From the NCBI GenBank assembly GCA_963804165.1, contig CAWDPO010000013.1, positions 32,001 to 96,000 of the forward strand: a stretch of DNA of 64,000 nucleotides, in the 5' to 3' direction. Below, piece after piece: positions 10,123 to 20,181 of this stretch. Each line of letters opens with the position of its first letter. The first letter of the stretch is position 1. Made by a program: the position numbers and the translations under genes. Below the pieces are notes generated by a model, which was not told the DNA's origin, searched no databases, and saw only the letters and a list, made by a program, of their open reading frames with translations. Source of the stretch: an uncultured delta proteobacterium (GTDB lineage Bacteria; Desulfobacterota; Binatia; UBA9968).

Positions 10123-11376
10123 TCATAACAGCTCTTTTACCGGAAAGGCGAAGAGCTCGAAGAGCCGTTCGAAGATACTGCGCGAATTCCATTCTTCGTA
10201 GGTAATGTTTTTCGAGTGTTTCACGTCTTCTTGAAAAATCTCTTCCAGACGGCGCGCCAGCGTCGCATCATACACCGTGAGGTTTAATTCCTGATTCAAC
10301 GCGAAAGAGCGATTATCAAAGTTGGTGCTGCCGATGGTCGCCCAGATGCCGTCGACGACCATCGTTTTGGCGTGCATGAGAGCCGGCTGATACTCGAAGA
10401 TCTGAACGCCGCCCTGCAACAGACGGCCGTAATGGCTGCGGCTTGCCGTGTAGGTGAGCCGGCTGTCGATCTCGCCGGGGGCCAACACGATCACGCGTAC
10501 GCCGCGGGCGGCCGCTTTCAACAAGGCTTCGGTCATGACGTCGTCGGGAATAAAATAGGGATTGGTGATCAAGATCGATTTTCGCGCTGAGTTGATCGTG
10601 ATCAGGAAGAGCATATAAGTCTGAAAACTTCCTCCCGCCGGCGAGCTACGGACGATTTGTGCGAACACGTTTCCGATCGGCTGGAGCGCGGGAAAATAGC
10701 CCGCGCCGCCGATCGCGATGCCGGTGGTTTCCAGCCAACTTTCGGCAAACGCGGCTTGCAGAAATTTGACCGCCGGACCTTCTACGCGTGCATTGGTATC
10801 GCGCCAGTGTTGTGCCGTTCGTCCGTCGCCGCTCCAGGAGTCTGCGATGCCATAGCCCCCGGTAAATCCCACCTGCCCGTCGATCACGAGAATGCGCCGG
10901 TGGCTTCGATAGTTATAATCGAGCAGTTTCCACGGGAAAATGATCACCGGCGCCTCGACTCTGCGAAAGAATTCCACGTGACATCCGGCATCGCGCATCA
11001 AGGCGATGATTTCGCCGGGCGTTTTGCCCGATCCGTGGCTGTCGAGCAGAATGTCTGCTTTTACGCCGGCCCGGCATCGTTCGGCAAAGGCCTCGGCAAA
11101 CTGCCGCGCTAGAGAACCTCCTTCGAAAAGATACTGGGAGAATGTGATCGTCTGCTGCGCCGACTTGATATCGCGCAGCATGATGGGAAACGTTTCATCG
11201 CCGTTGAGCAAGACGCCGATGCGATTGCCGGCCATGATCGGCGCATCCGTGTGCGCTTCGATGGTTGGGAAAAACGCCGATTCGCCGAGAGTCAGCGGGG
11301 GAATCTGCCCTACGGTTACGACTCTGGCGCAACCGAAAAACAGCAAAACCGCGGCAAGCCACTTCAAATATCTCAT
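10123..11376 (-). CDS. cls: Cardiolipin synthase / phospholipase D family, lipoprotein-like N-terminus
   Basis: Two PLD motifs (HRRILVID variant and HAKTMVVD..GSTNFD); MRYLKWLAAVLLFFGC leader. Confidence 0.85.
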   Translation of the reverse strand: MRYLKWLAAVLLFFGCARVVTVGQIPPLTLGESAFFPTIEAHTDAPIMAGNRIGVLLNGDETFPIMLRDIKSAQQTITFSQYLFEGGSLARQFAEAFAERCRAGVKADILLDSHGSGKTPGEIIALMRDAGCHVEFFRRVEAPVIIFPWKLLDYNYRSHRRILVIDGQVGFTGGYGIADSWSGDGRTAQHWRDTNARVEGPAVKFLQAAFAESWLETTGIAIGGAGYFPALQPIGNVFAQIVRSSPAGGSFQTYMLFLITINSARKSILITNPYFIPDDVMTEALLKAAARGVRVIVLAPGEIDSRLTYTASRSHYGRLLQGGVQIFEYQPALMHAKTMVVDGIWATIGSTNFDNRSFALNQELNLTVYDATLARRLEEIFQEDVKHSKNITYEEWNSRSIFERLFELFAFPVKELL

Positions 11377-11609
11377 AACTATGGAAAATGTTTTTGACGG
11401 AAATAGGTGTGGATTGCAAGCTGAAGCATGAACTTCGCGCAAGCCGGCTTGAACCATGAACCGGCGCGAATCAATGCAACCGGTAACTAAAGCGCAGTGT
11501 GTTTGCAGAGACTTCGAGGGTAATGCAGCGCTATGGGAGCAGATCGTTCACCCAACTGTCCCAGTGACGCGATCAAGTGTTAAAGATTGACGATCGCGGC
11601 TTTGCCGCG

Positions 11610-12925
11610 TCAGAACCTCGCGTTGATCCATTTTGCCGCATAATCGAAAAAATTCTTTCTTGCATTGGCGTACTCCGACGCGGGTCTTGCGCAGTTGGTG
11701 CAGGCGCCGATGCTGGTCATCGAGCCTTCGATGACGATGAAGTCTTTGTCGCCGCTCTTTGAGTTCAAGTAATTGAACTCGACTTCCTGAATCAGATTCT
11801 GAAACGATGCCTGGTGTGCGACGGCGAGCAGCGGGACCGTGACGCTTTGCAGCATGCAGGGCGTCGAGTTGTTGGTGGAGCAAAGATCGATCTGTTTCTC
11901 GTCCATCGAGTTGGTCGAGCGGATCGCGTTGCTGCTGAGAAATGAGCGGAGGGTCAGGCCGCCTCGGGCGCCTTCGCCGAAGGTGCGGTTGAGCTTGGCG
12001 AGCTCGGGACGCGGCGGTGCGATGCTTTCGACGACTTGCTTGACGACGGTGCCGTCGTTCTTGAGCAGCTTCTCGGGCTGCACGGTGGTGTGGCGGATGC
12101 TCGAGTCGAGGGAGAGCAGGCGCGCGTTGTCGAATCCGGGGATATTGAACGGGGCGTCATCGCTGTAAACGTCTTTGCCCGCTTCGATGTTTTTCAGTTG
12201 CCTAAGGGCCACGCGATCAAGCGGTTCATGCGGGCGGATTGCGCCGCGAAATAGGCTTTCTTGAACGCGTCGGAATATTGCGAAGAACCGTCGTGATTGA
12301 AACCGTTCTTGAGCGAGAAGGGGTCGAGCTTCGGATCGACGCGACCGCTGCGCTCGTCGATGATCGCGGGATTGACGCTGCGTAGGCGCAGGATCGGATT
12401 TCCCGGATGGCCGTCGGAAAGGATGATACCGTGGGCAGGGGCGAGTCCTTGGAGGTCGTTGCCGCATTGGACGAGCTTATTCGGTCCCTTGCAAACCGCC
12501 GGGCCGCTTTCCGCCACGTCTTGATAAAAACTCATGGTGACGCCGCCGCCGCTGTGGCCGTAGAGAATGATCTTGCTGCTCGTTCCGAGCTGCTTCTTGA
12601 GGTAGTTGACGCCCTCGGCGACGTCGAGGGGAATCAATTCCCACCTGACCGAGGATTCGCTGTTTTCAAAGCGCGAGTTCATGCACAAGACGAGAAAACC
12701 GCGCCTGGCGAATTCACCGCACGCGACATTATTCAAGTAGTTCGACTCGCGGTGCATGACGATGATTCCGACGCGGGGCTCCGGACCGGAGTCCGGTTTA
12801 TAGAGCGCGCTCTTGGCGCGGCCGAGCTGTGCGTAGGTCGGATTGCTTTGCGCCAAGGATTGAGTGCCGTGGGCGCCGAGTAAAAAAGAAATCGATAGTG
12901 CGAGTGTTAAGAGATGCTTGCGCAT
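11610..12925 (-). CDS. Exported Cys-rich alpha/beta hydrolase (paralog of 27070-28374), one apparent frameshift at ~12214
   Basis: Signal peptide, GHSGGG elbow; ORFs 12194-12925 and 11610-12467 join collinearly with the intact paralog (both end KWINARF). Confidence 0.8.
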
Positions 12926-13004
12926 GATCGTCGCGTCCGCCGTCTTTGAGTTATGTGCGCTTGACGGTATCTAATTTGCTCGTCGCTGTGTTGTTTCAAA
13001 GCGG

Positions 13005-13352
13005 CTAATTCCCCTCGAGCAGGAGCGTTCCGAGCTTGTCCAGGACTTCGTCGGTTGCTACCTGCGGCAGTTTGCATATGAACTCGGCTTTCCGAACGCG
13101 CCAATTGAGACTTTTGACTTGATCGGCGAGAACGACACCGCCGATCTTTAATCCGGACGGAATCGCTACTTCGAATGGATAACCCTTTACGTGACTCGTA
13201 ATAGGACAAAGGATGGCGAGTCCAACTTTGCCATTGTAAGAAGCCGGTGAAAGTACCAATGCAGGGCGGCGGCCGGCTTGCTCGTGCCCGGCTTGAGGAT
13301 TGAAAGTTATCCAGACCGCATCCCCACGAGCAGGAACGTAGCGGCGGGCCAT
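13005..13352 (-). CDS. mazF: MazF/PemK endoribonuclease toxin
   Basis: YVPARGDAVWITFNPQAGHEQAGRRPALVLSP..YN..DQVKSLNWRVR. Confidence 0.95.
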   Translation of the reverse strand: MARRYVPARGDAVWITFNPQAGHEQAGRRPALVLSPASYNGKVGLAILCPITSHVKGYPFEVAIPSGLKIGGVVLADQVKSLNWRVRKAEFICKLPQVATDEVLDKLGTLLLEGN

Positions 13353-13594
13353 TACAAGATCTCACGTCCGACCGACGGACCGAAATCAACTTCTGCGTGC
13401 AGATTTTTCCGAGTTACCTTCGCGAGCAATTGTTTGAGAGACAGTTTCCTTTTTTCAACGGGTGTCGCCACGACCTTCCCCTCGGAAACCGCCAAGTTCA
13501 ACACCGTTCCCTCCTTCACTTCGGCGTCTTCAGCGAGCGGCTTGGGAATCCTAACCGCCAAGCTGTTTCCCCATTTTTGAACGCGAACATGCAT
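13352..13594 (-). CDS. mazE: MazE/AbrB antitoxin
   Basis: KWGNSLAVRIP, LKQLLAKVT..EVDFGPSVGRE; TAATG coupling to mazF. Confidence 0.95.
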   Translation of the reverse strand: MHVRVQKWGNSLAVRIPKPLAEDAEVKEGTVLNLAVSEGKVVATPVEKRKLSLKQLLAKVTRKNLHAEVDFGPSVGREIL

Positions 13595-13610
13595 CAGCGC
13601 ACCTCCAACA

Positions 13611-13653
13611 TGTTTCTACAATGAAGATACAGAGTTGCGAGATCCAGGGTCAA
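13611..13653 (-). promoter_or_regulatory. mazEF promoter with palindromic autoregulatory operator
   Basis: Minus strand TTGACC-N18-TATCTT; near-palindrome TGTTTCTACA-A-TGAAGATACA overlaps -10, just upstream of GGAGG RBS. Confidence 0.6.
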
Positions 13654-13819
13654 CCGGTAGATGCCGAAGGACACGGTCTTGTGATTGCGCGTGCTTCGTC
13701 AGAGGGTCGAAAGATTAAACTGGTGAACAGGCAGGCTTCGCAAAATAAGGCGAGCATGGCACCCAAGTTTTCCCCGGGGATGCAATACTCTTTCCTATGT
13801 CTATCTTGTTTGCCGCTGT

Positions 13820-14924
13820 CTAGTTTGTCGCCGAGTCTAACTTGTAGAAGCGCGCGGCGTTGTCGCGCAGGATTGCCTGCTTGGCTCTTTCGCTAATCTC
13901 CTCGCGCTCGCGAAGTTCGCGAATCTCCTTTTGCACCGTGTGAACGTTCACTTCGTGCGGAAAGTCAGACGAAAACATGAACGCTTGCTCGCCTGCGACT
14001 TTGATCGCGTAGGCAAGGTCTGATTCTCCGCCCTCGATACCTACCGCTAGGCGACCGGTTTGAATGAGCGCGCGGATGTAGTCAGCGACTGTTTGTCCCT
14101 CTCGCAAGTGCAGCAGTTCACCGCGGGGATTGATTGGAATTCCCGCTTCGTAGGATCGAGAGAGACGCTCCAGAGCCATGAGAAACCAGAGCGGACCACC
14201 CTCGAGATATGCCACTCGTAGCCCGGGAAAGCGGTCGAAGAGGTTGTTTAACACCATCTCCGCCAATGCGATGGCTAAGCGACATTGGATGTCCAATGGC
14301 ATTGGCGCCGGTGGAAACGTTCATGGTGTCCATACCCAGGTCCCAATGCCCGCCGCCATGAACGACCACCGGACAGCCCAAGCGAGCCGCTTCCGCATAC
14401 ACCGGCCAATAAGGCTTGGCGCCGAGGTTCAAGTGCACTCCGGTAGCGGGGAACAGGACACCGCACATTCCCAACTCGGTATAAGCGTGGCGCAGTTCTT
14501 CCAACGCCGCGTCCGCATCATGCATCGGCACGAGAGCGATGCCTTTGAAACGGGAATCGCGCCTAAGATAGGTCTCTGCCAACCAGTCGTTGTACGCTCG
14601 GGCCGCGCCGACGGCGTAGTCGCGGTCCACGATGCGTCCGATGCGCTGGCCGGCGGTGGGAAAGAGGACGGTATAGTCGAACCCCACCTGATTCATGAAC
14701 TCGATCCATCCATCGGGTCCTGGGTTTTGAAACCGACCTTCGGAATTTGTCGCGAAGGCGCCGGGCGGAGTGCGAGTCAGTGAATACTGGATATGACTGT
14801 TGAGCGGAAATACGCCGCTGCGCAAGCGGCCGCCAACCGCGCTGTACGGAAAATGACGGGCGATGGCTTCGCCATCCTCGAAAATATGGCCGTCGCCGTC
14901 GATGATTTTCGGCTGCTGTGTCAT
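13820..14924 (-). CDS. Amidohydrolase family 2 protein, apparent frameshift at ~14280
   Basis: IIDGDGH, RAYNDWLAE, YLEGG, FSSDFPH; two ORFs join at GHPMS/LAIALAE. Confidence 0.85.
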
Positions 14925-15511
14925 AGGATACTCCTCTGCCAATATCGGATTTTAGAGCGGCGCTTTCGTTAAAGCTCTTGCCAACGGCTCGGGTTACGGC
15001 TTAAGTCCCGGGCTAAAAAAATTGTGAGTCTCTTCATCACCAAGGGTACGCACTTCAGACTTTTGGATAGCACCAGGCTATGGAAATTGTCAATTCAATC
15101 CGCCTGCGTTTACCCGCACGGATGAAACTGAATCGGATCAGTTCTTGAATAATGTTTGGCAGTTGAACGGTCAGGTGCGGTGAGGATCGATCTTACTACT
15201 CGTCTTGTGTCGGCGCGGTCATATTCATAGCGAAATTGGTAGTGGCGGCCGTCTGGCAATTTGATCAAATCGAATGCGGCACCGATTACCGCATGGCAAT
15301 TCTTTATTTCCGACCTTATGATGCTTTAGAACTTGTTTATTCATAGATTGTTTGTTCTGCGAACAAGCAGGGTGTGACTCAATTGATGTCGAGAAGGGTA
15401 CAGAAGAAATGGCGATTCATCCGCTTGCGGGAAAGGCTGCAACCCGGCATATATTGCAAGCAGTGTTTACATTTGTCGGAGCGTAAGACCAACGATGAGT
15501 GATCGGCCAAG

Positions 15512-16684
15512 ATGCAATCAAAAGGAGCCACCGTGCTAAACGCAGCTAGGAAATGGCTAACCTTGATAAGCTCACTTGTGTGCTGGATCTCAGTGTCATC
15601 CGTGCAAATTTCCAACGCCGCCGACTCGCGGCCGGCGTGGCAATTTGAATGGGACAAGACGGTCAAAGCGGCGGAGGAGGAAGGCGCGTTGGTCATTTAC
15701 ATGACCCAAGCCTTCGAACCGGTATTTCGCGACGCCTTTCAGAAAAAATTTCCCAAAATCAAGGTGACCATGGCGACGGGAAGAGGGCCTGAGTTGAGCC
15801 AGCGGGTCATGAGCGAGCGACGGGCGGATAAGTTTGCCGTGGATCTATATATCTCCGGCAATATATCGCCCCTGACGGTTTTTCACCGGGCAAAGATTTT
15901 GGAACCAGTCAAACCTTTGTTGCTGTTGCCGGAAGTTCTGGACACGTCCGCCTGGTACGAAGGCAAACATCATTACGACGACCCGGAGAATCGCTATATC
16001 TTTGTTTTCGAGGGCACGCCGCGGAGCGGCGAGATCACTTACAACACCAAGGCGGTAAATCAGGCGGAGATCAAATCCTATTGGGATTTGCTCAGTACGA
16101 AATGGAAGGGAAAGATCGTTTCGGTCGACCCGCTCGTTTCGGGTCCGATCAGCGCGGCGCATATCTTTTTCTACAAGCAGCCTGATCTCGGCGCGGAATT
16201 TTTGCGCCGGCTGCACGCCGAGACGGATATTGCCATCGTGCGCTCAAACGAGCAGATGCTCGATTGGCTGAGCGCGGGAAAATTCGCGTTCGGTATCGGC
16301 GCGCGGGACGTCGACACCGCGATGATGCAGGGGCTGCCACTCATGCAATTCTCGCCGGGGTCGCTTAAGGAAGGATCTTCGGTCACGGCGTACAACGGCA
16401 CGTTAAGCTTTTTCAATCGCGCGCCCCATCCCAACGCAGCGAAAGTTGCCGCCAACTGGCTTTTGTCTCGCGAGGGACAAACAGCATGGCTAGATTCCAA
16501 CCAACGAACCGGCGGCCTCTACGATTCATTGCGAGAGGATATTTCGAAAGAGAAAGTGAGCGAACGCGCGCGGCGCGTCAAAGGAGCCAAATTTCTCTGG
16601 TTAAATCCCGCCTGGATCGACGAGCTGGATGCGATCCGCGATGTCATCAAGAAGGCTTTGGCGAGCGCCGGCAAGGGAAAATGA
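15512..16684 (+). CDS. Extracellular solute-binding protein (no adjacent permease)
   Basis: WDKTVKAAEEEGALVIY, YWDLL..KWKGKI, APHPNAAKVAANWLLSREGQ. Confidence 0.85.
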   Translation: MQSKGATVLNAARKWLTLISSLVCWISVSSVQISNAADSRPAWQFEWDKTVKAAEEEGALVIYMTQAFEPVFRDAFQKKFPKIKVTMATGRGPELSQRVMSERRADKFAVDLYISGNISPLTVFHRAKILEPVKPLLLLPEVLDTSAWYEGKHHYDDPENRYIFVFEGTPRSGEITYNTKAVNQAEIKSYWDLLSTKWKGKIVSVDPLVSGPISAAHIFFYKQPDLGAEFLRRLHAETDIAIVRSNEQMLDWLSAGKFAFGIGARDVDTAMMQGLPLMQFSPGSLKEGSSVTAYNGTLSFFNRAPHPNAAKVAANWLLSREGQTAWLDSNQRTGGLYDSLREDISKEKVSERARRVKGAKFLWLNPAWIDELDAIRDVIKKALASAGKGK

Positions 16685-16829
16685 CGAAGAAAAGAATTGG
16701 AGTATTCGGGTACAGTAGTAATGGGCATAAAAGGCGGCGCCGCGCGATCGTCGAACCTGTCGATGCGCTCCGATCGCCGCGCCGCCTTTCTATGGCGTCA
16801 GGGTTGCTGGAAAATCCGCGTGCTCAATT

Positions 16830-17708
16830 TTATTCGGAAACGTCGATCAGGTTTCCTTCCGGGTCCGGCAGTTGATGTTTGCCGTAGCGGCAGGTCTGCA
16901 GCAGGCCAAGCACGACATTGTATTCGGATTCGAGATTGGGCGATTTCGGTGCGAGCCATTCCGGGTCGGCCTTGGTCAAAAGCTCCACGTCGTTTTTGAA
17001 CGTTTCTAAATTCTCCACTTTGAATCCGATATGATCCATCCCCGGCCCTTTGTGTTCGGTGCCGTAGTAGTCTTTGATCTTCCACGGCGCCAGAACCAAT
17101 GTCACTACACCGTCGGTTAAATAAAAATTGGGATCTTCGAGCGCCTTCTCTTCTTCCTTGAACTGATAAACATCGATATAAAACTGCGCCAAGGCTTCCG
17201 GATTCATGGCGCGGACGGTGATGTGCTTGATGGAGCGCGCATGCCTTTGACCGGGGTCGAGCCAGACGCCTCGCACTTCTTTCTTGCCCGGCTGCATGAG
17301 ATCGAAGATGTTTCCTTCGGGATCATGCGTGCTGTAGTCAGCGAAGGGCCGATTCGACGGCCGCTTCACGACGTCGACGACGGGATATTTTTCTTTGATG
17401 CGGGCGAACGTACCATCGAGCTCGTCGACTTCGATGCCGAAGTGATCGAGGCCGCCGTTGTAACCAGGGCGGCGCCGATTGAATGCCACACCGATATTGC
17501 CGTCGCTGGCGATGATCGTGCGATCGAACGGCGTGGCGACACGCTTTGAGCCGAGCATCGGATAGCCGAACGCGCGCGCTTGTTCGGCTTCGGCAGCCGG
17601 CGAAGACTCCGACGCCGCCCGGCGAAAATCGAACAGACACTCATAGAATTTAAATAGCCGCGGCGCGTTCTGGCTCATGATGCCGACGTGTTTAATCTTC
17701 GATGCCAT
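16830..17708 (-). CDS. Two-domain VOC (glyoxalase/bleomycin-resistance/dioxygenase) protein
   Basis: Repeated IKH.....LDHFG/MDHIG...DPEGN modules; GGAGG RBS. Confidence 0.85.
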   Translation of the reverse strand: MASKIKHVGIMSQNAPRLFKFYECLFDFRRAASESSPAAEAEQARAFGYPMLGSKRVATPFDRTIIASDGNIGVAFNRRRPGYNGGLDHFGIEVDELDGTFARIKEKYPVVDVVKRPSNRPFADYSTHDPEGNIFDLMQPGKKEVRGVWLDPGQRHARSIKHITVRAMNPEALAQFYIDVYQFKEEEKALEDPNFYLTDGVVTLVLAPWKIKDYYGTEHKGPGMDHIGFKVENLETFKNDVELLTKADPEWLAPKSPNLESEYNVVLGLLQTCRYGKHQLPDPEGNLIDVSE

Positions 17709-17733
17709 TGCAAACCTCCATTATTTGACGGAA

Positions 17734-18753
17734 TTACTTCCGCAGTTTTTCTGCCGCTAATTTTTTGAAAAATCCTTCCTGGTCAAGCTCGTCCATGGCG
17801 CTCTCGTCGAGAAAACGATTGAGCGCGAGATCTGCTTTAGGGTGAGCTGATTCCTTTTGCACGATTTCCAACACGTTCTGCAAGCCTCTCCGGCCGGTGC
17901 GCGGCGGATAGGAGAACACACTATGATATGCGTCGTAACTCTCCTCGGCGACTTTGCGGTCGACTCTCATGCGCTTCATCAGGATGGCAACCACTTTTTC
18001 GCGCAGCTCCGACTCCGCTCGGAGCCGCTGGGTCGCCTCGCTGATCGCGCGCAGAAAGCGCTTGGCGTTGTCCCGCTCCTTTTGTAGATACAATCGCTCC
18101 ATGATGATCGTGCGATCGGGAAACTCTTTGACGAGCTCGGCAATGTTGGCAAATACGGTCATTCCCCTCTTGGTCGCCATACCGACGCTACTATTCGGAA
18201 TGACCGTTGCATCGATGCGGCCGCCTTCCATTGCCACCAGCCGCGACAGATTATTTCCCGAGGGCACCAGTTGGACCGAATCCGGCGACATGTCCCACGC
18301 TTTCAATGCCGTGAGCACACTGAACTGATTAGCGCCGCCGAAATTGGCGATGCCAATTTTTTTGCCTTTCAACTCGGCCGGAGTGCGAATTTCTTTGCGA
18401 GCGATGAAGCTGTAGAGATTCTTGTTAAGAAATGTTGCCGTAATCGCCAGATCGGCGCCCGACGCGATCGCGCGTACCGGTGCCATGGCGGCAACGTTGG
18501 CGGAATGGATGCTTCGCCCAACGAGCGCCTGGAGCAAAGTCGAGCCGCCGGTGATGACCAGCAGCTGGACGTCCAAACCGTATTTTTCAAAGAGGCCGAA
18601 ATCCTTGGCCACGAAGATCGGCAACTGCTGCGCGCTGGTGGCGCCGGCGCTGGCGTGAATGTGACGTTCGAGGGCGAGAGCCGGCGCCCGAGCTACGATG
18701 AGGATCAAAAGAACAAATAAAAAAATTCTCCGCATAGTTTCGCGTATCGCCAT
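17734..18753 (-). CDS. NitT/TauT-type ABC substrate-binding protein (no adjacent permease)
   Basis: Signal peptide; GLFEKYGLDVQL, ELKGKKIGIANFGG. Confidence 0.85.
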   Translation of the reverse strand: MAIRETMRRIFLFVLLILIVARAPALALERHIHASAGATSAQQLPIFVAKDFGLFEKYGLDVQLLVITGGSTLLQALVGRSIHSANVAAMAPVRAIASGADLAITATFLNKNLYSFIARKEIRTPAELKGKKIGIANFGGANQFSVLTALKAWDMSPDSVQLVPSGNNLSRLVAMEGGRIDATVIPNSSVGMATKRGMTVFANIAELVKEFPDRTIIMERLYLQKERDNAKRFLRAISEATQRLRAESELREKVVAILMKRMRVDRKVAEESYDAYHSVFSYPPRTGRRGLQNVLEIVQKESAHPKADLALNRFLDESAMDELDQEGFFKKLAAEKLRK

Positions 18754-18989
18754 GACCTTTTTTTGTCAAGCATTGCTTTACGTCACGGCGGTTTGCCGGA
18801 CTTGCAGAGGGAACCCTCTCGGCTGTAAATTCACGCCACGATGCTTCCCAGGAGACGGTTTGGCAAAAAATGGTAGCGCGGTATGGTGCCGGAGGAGCGT
18901 GGTCGCCGACAGACGGTGCCGATCAATACCGTCGTGCCCGAGGTAAAGACTCATAATGCCTCTCTATGGCAATTCCGACGAGGTCTACC

Positions 18990-19985
18990 ATGGCGTATAG
19001 ATTCCAAGCCAAATTGCTGGTGGTTTTTGCTCTGGCCGTTGCCGTCATAGGGGGATACTCCGCAGAAGCACAGAGAGTTCCCGCGGGATATAGCATCTAC
19101 TCGGTGTTGACCGCGCCACTTTGGGTCACGAAGGAAGCGGGCCACTTTGATAAGAACGGACTGGGTGTGGACCTGATCTACCTTAGCGGCGGCACGATGG
19201 CCGCCCAGGCTTTGAGCTCGGGGGATATTCCTTTCACCTTGACGGGAGGAAGCTCGATTATTTCTTCCAATCTCGCCGGTTCGGGAAGCATGATCCTGCT
19301 GGGAATTGAAAATGCCATTCTTTTTAAGCTCGTCACTGTAAAAGATATCAAGTCGCCCGAGCAGCTGCGGGGAAAAAGATTAGCGGTTGCCTCCCTGAGC
19401 GGATCCACTTATCAAGCCACGGTGCTGGCTCTTGCCCATTTCGGGATCAAGCCCAACGAAGTCACTTTCATGTCCATCGCCAGCGCGCCGACGAGGCTTG
19501 CGGCGTTAAACTCCGGCACCGTTCACGGCACCGTGGTGTTGCCGCCCGACACCATCGTGGCGCGCAGGATGGGTATGAATTTTCTGCTTGATCTCGGATC
19601 CCTCGGCATTGAATTCCAGAACGCAAGCATCTCCGCGGGAAGACAGGTTCTTGAAAACAAGCCGGAGATCGCCCGGCGGTTCGTCAAGTCGATGGTGGAA
19701 GGCGTCCATACTTACAAGACCGACAAAGCTTTTTCCTTCAAGGTGTTGAGAAAGTACTTAAAGACCGATGATCCTGAGCTGGTTGAGGAAGCCTACAGCT
19801 TTTACGCCGATAAGTTGCCGAAGAAGCCTTATCCCACGCTGAAGGGCATTCAGGCGATTCTCGATCAGTTGGCCAAGACCAACCCCAAGGCCGCAGGCAG
19901 CAACCCGGGGCAATTCATCAACGTCCATTCGTTGCGAGAGCTCGACACGAGCGGCTACATCGATCGTCTCTATGCCAATCCATGA
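18990..19985 (+). CDS. NitT/TauT-type ABC substrate-binding protein (no adjacent permease)
   Basis: Signal peptide; GHFDKNGLGVDLI, QLRGKRLAV, PYPTLKGIQ; alternative start 18966. Confidence 0.85.
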   Translation: MAYRFQAKLLVVFALAVAVIGGYSAEAQRVPAGYSIYSVLTAPLWVTKEAGHFDKNGLGVDLIYLSGGTMAAQALSSGDIPFTLTGGSSIISSNLAGSGSMILLGIENAILFKLVTVKDIKSPEQLRGKRLAVASLSGSTYQATVLALAHFGIKPNEVTFMSIASAPTRLAALNSGTVHGTVVLPPDTIVARRMGMNFLLDLGSLGIEFQNASISAGRQVLENKPEIARRFVKSMVEGVHTYKTDKAFSFKVLRKYLKTDDPELVEEAYSFYADKLPKKPYPTLKGIQAILDQLAKTNPKAAGSNPGQFINVHSLRELDTSGYIDRLYANP

Positions 19986-20181
19986 ACGCGATATTTGGCG
20001 CCGTGTGTCCGGCATGGATGGGTAAATAAATAAATGAGACGATGATTGGGTATTCTTTGCGATCGGTCGAGCCCGCGTTTGCAGTGACGGGCCCGCCCAC
20101 GTGAAGCCCAATCTCCAGCCGCGTCGGATGAATCGGACGCACCGCACGCAGCATTCATGGAAACGACGCGAGCCGTTTCGC

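Noticed and set aside
12194-12196. TGA in the first hydrolase as possible Sec
   Set aside because: Continuation is in a different frame; the TGA results from an upstream indel and is not at a Cys position
14945-15510. Long AT-richer intergenic region as riboswitch or sRNA
   Set aside because: No recognisable motif or convincing stem; consistent with divergent promoters
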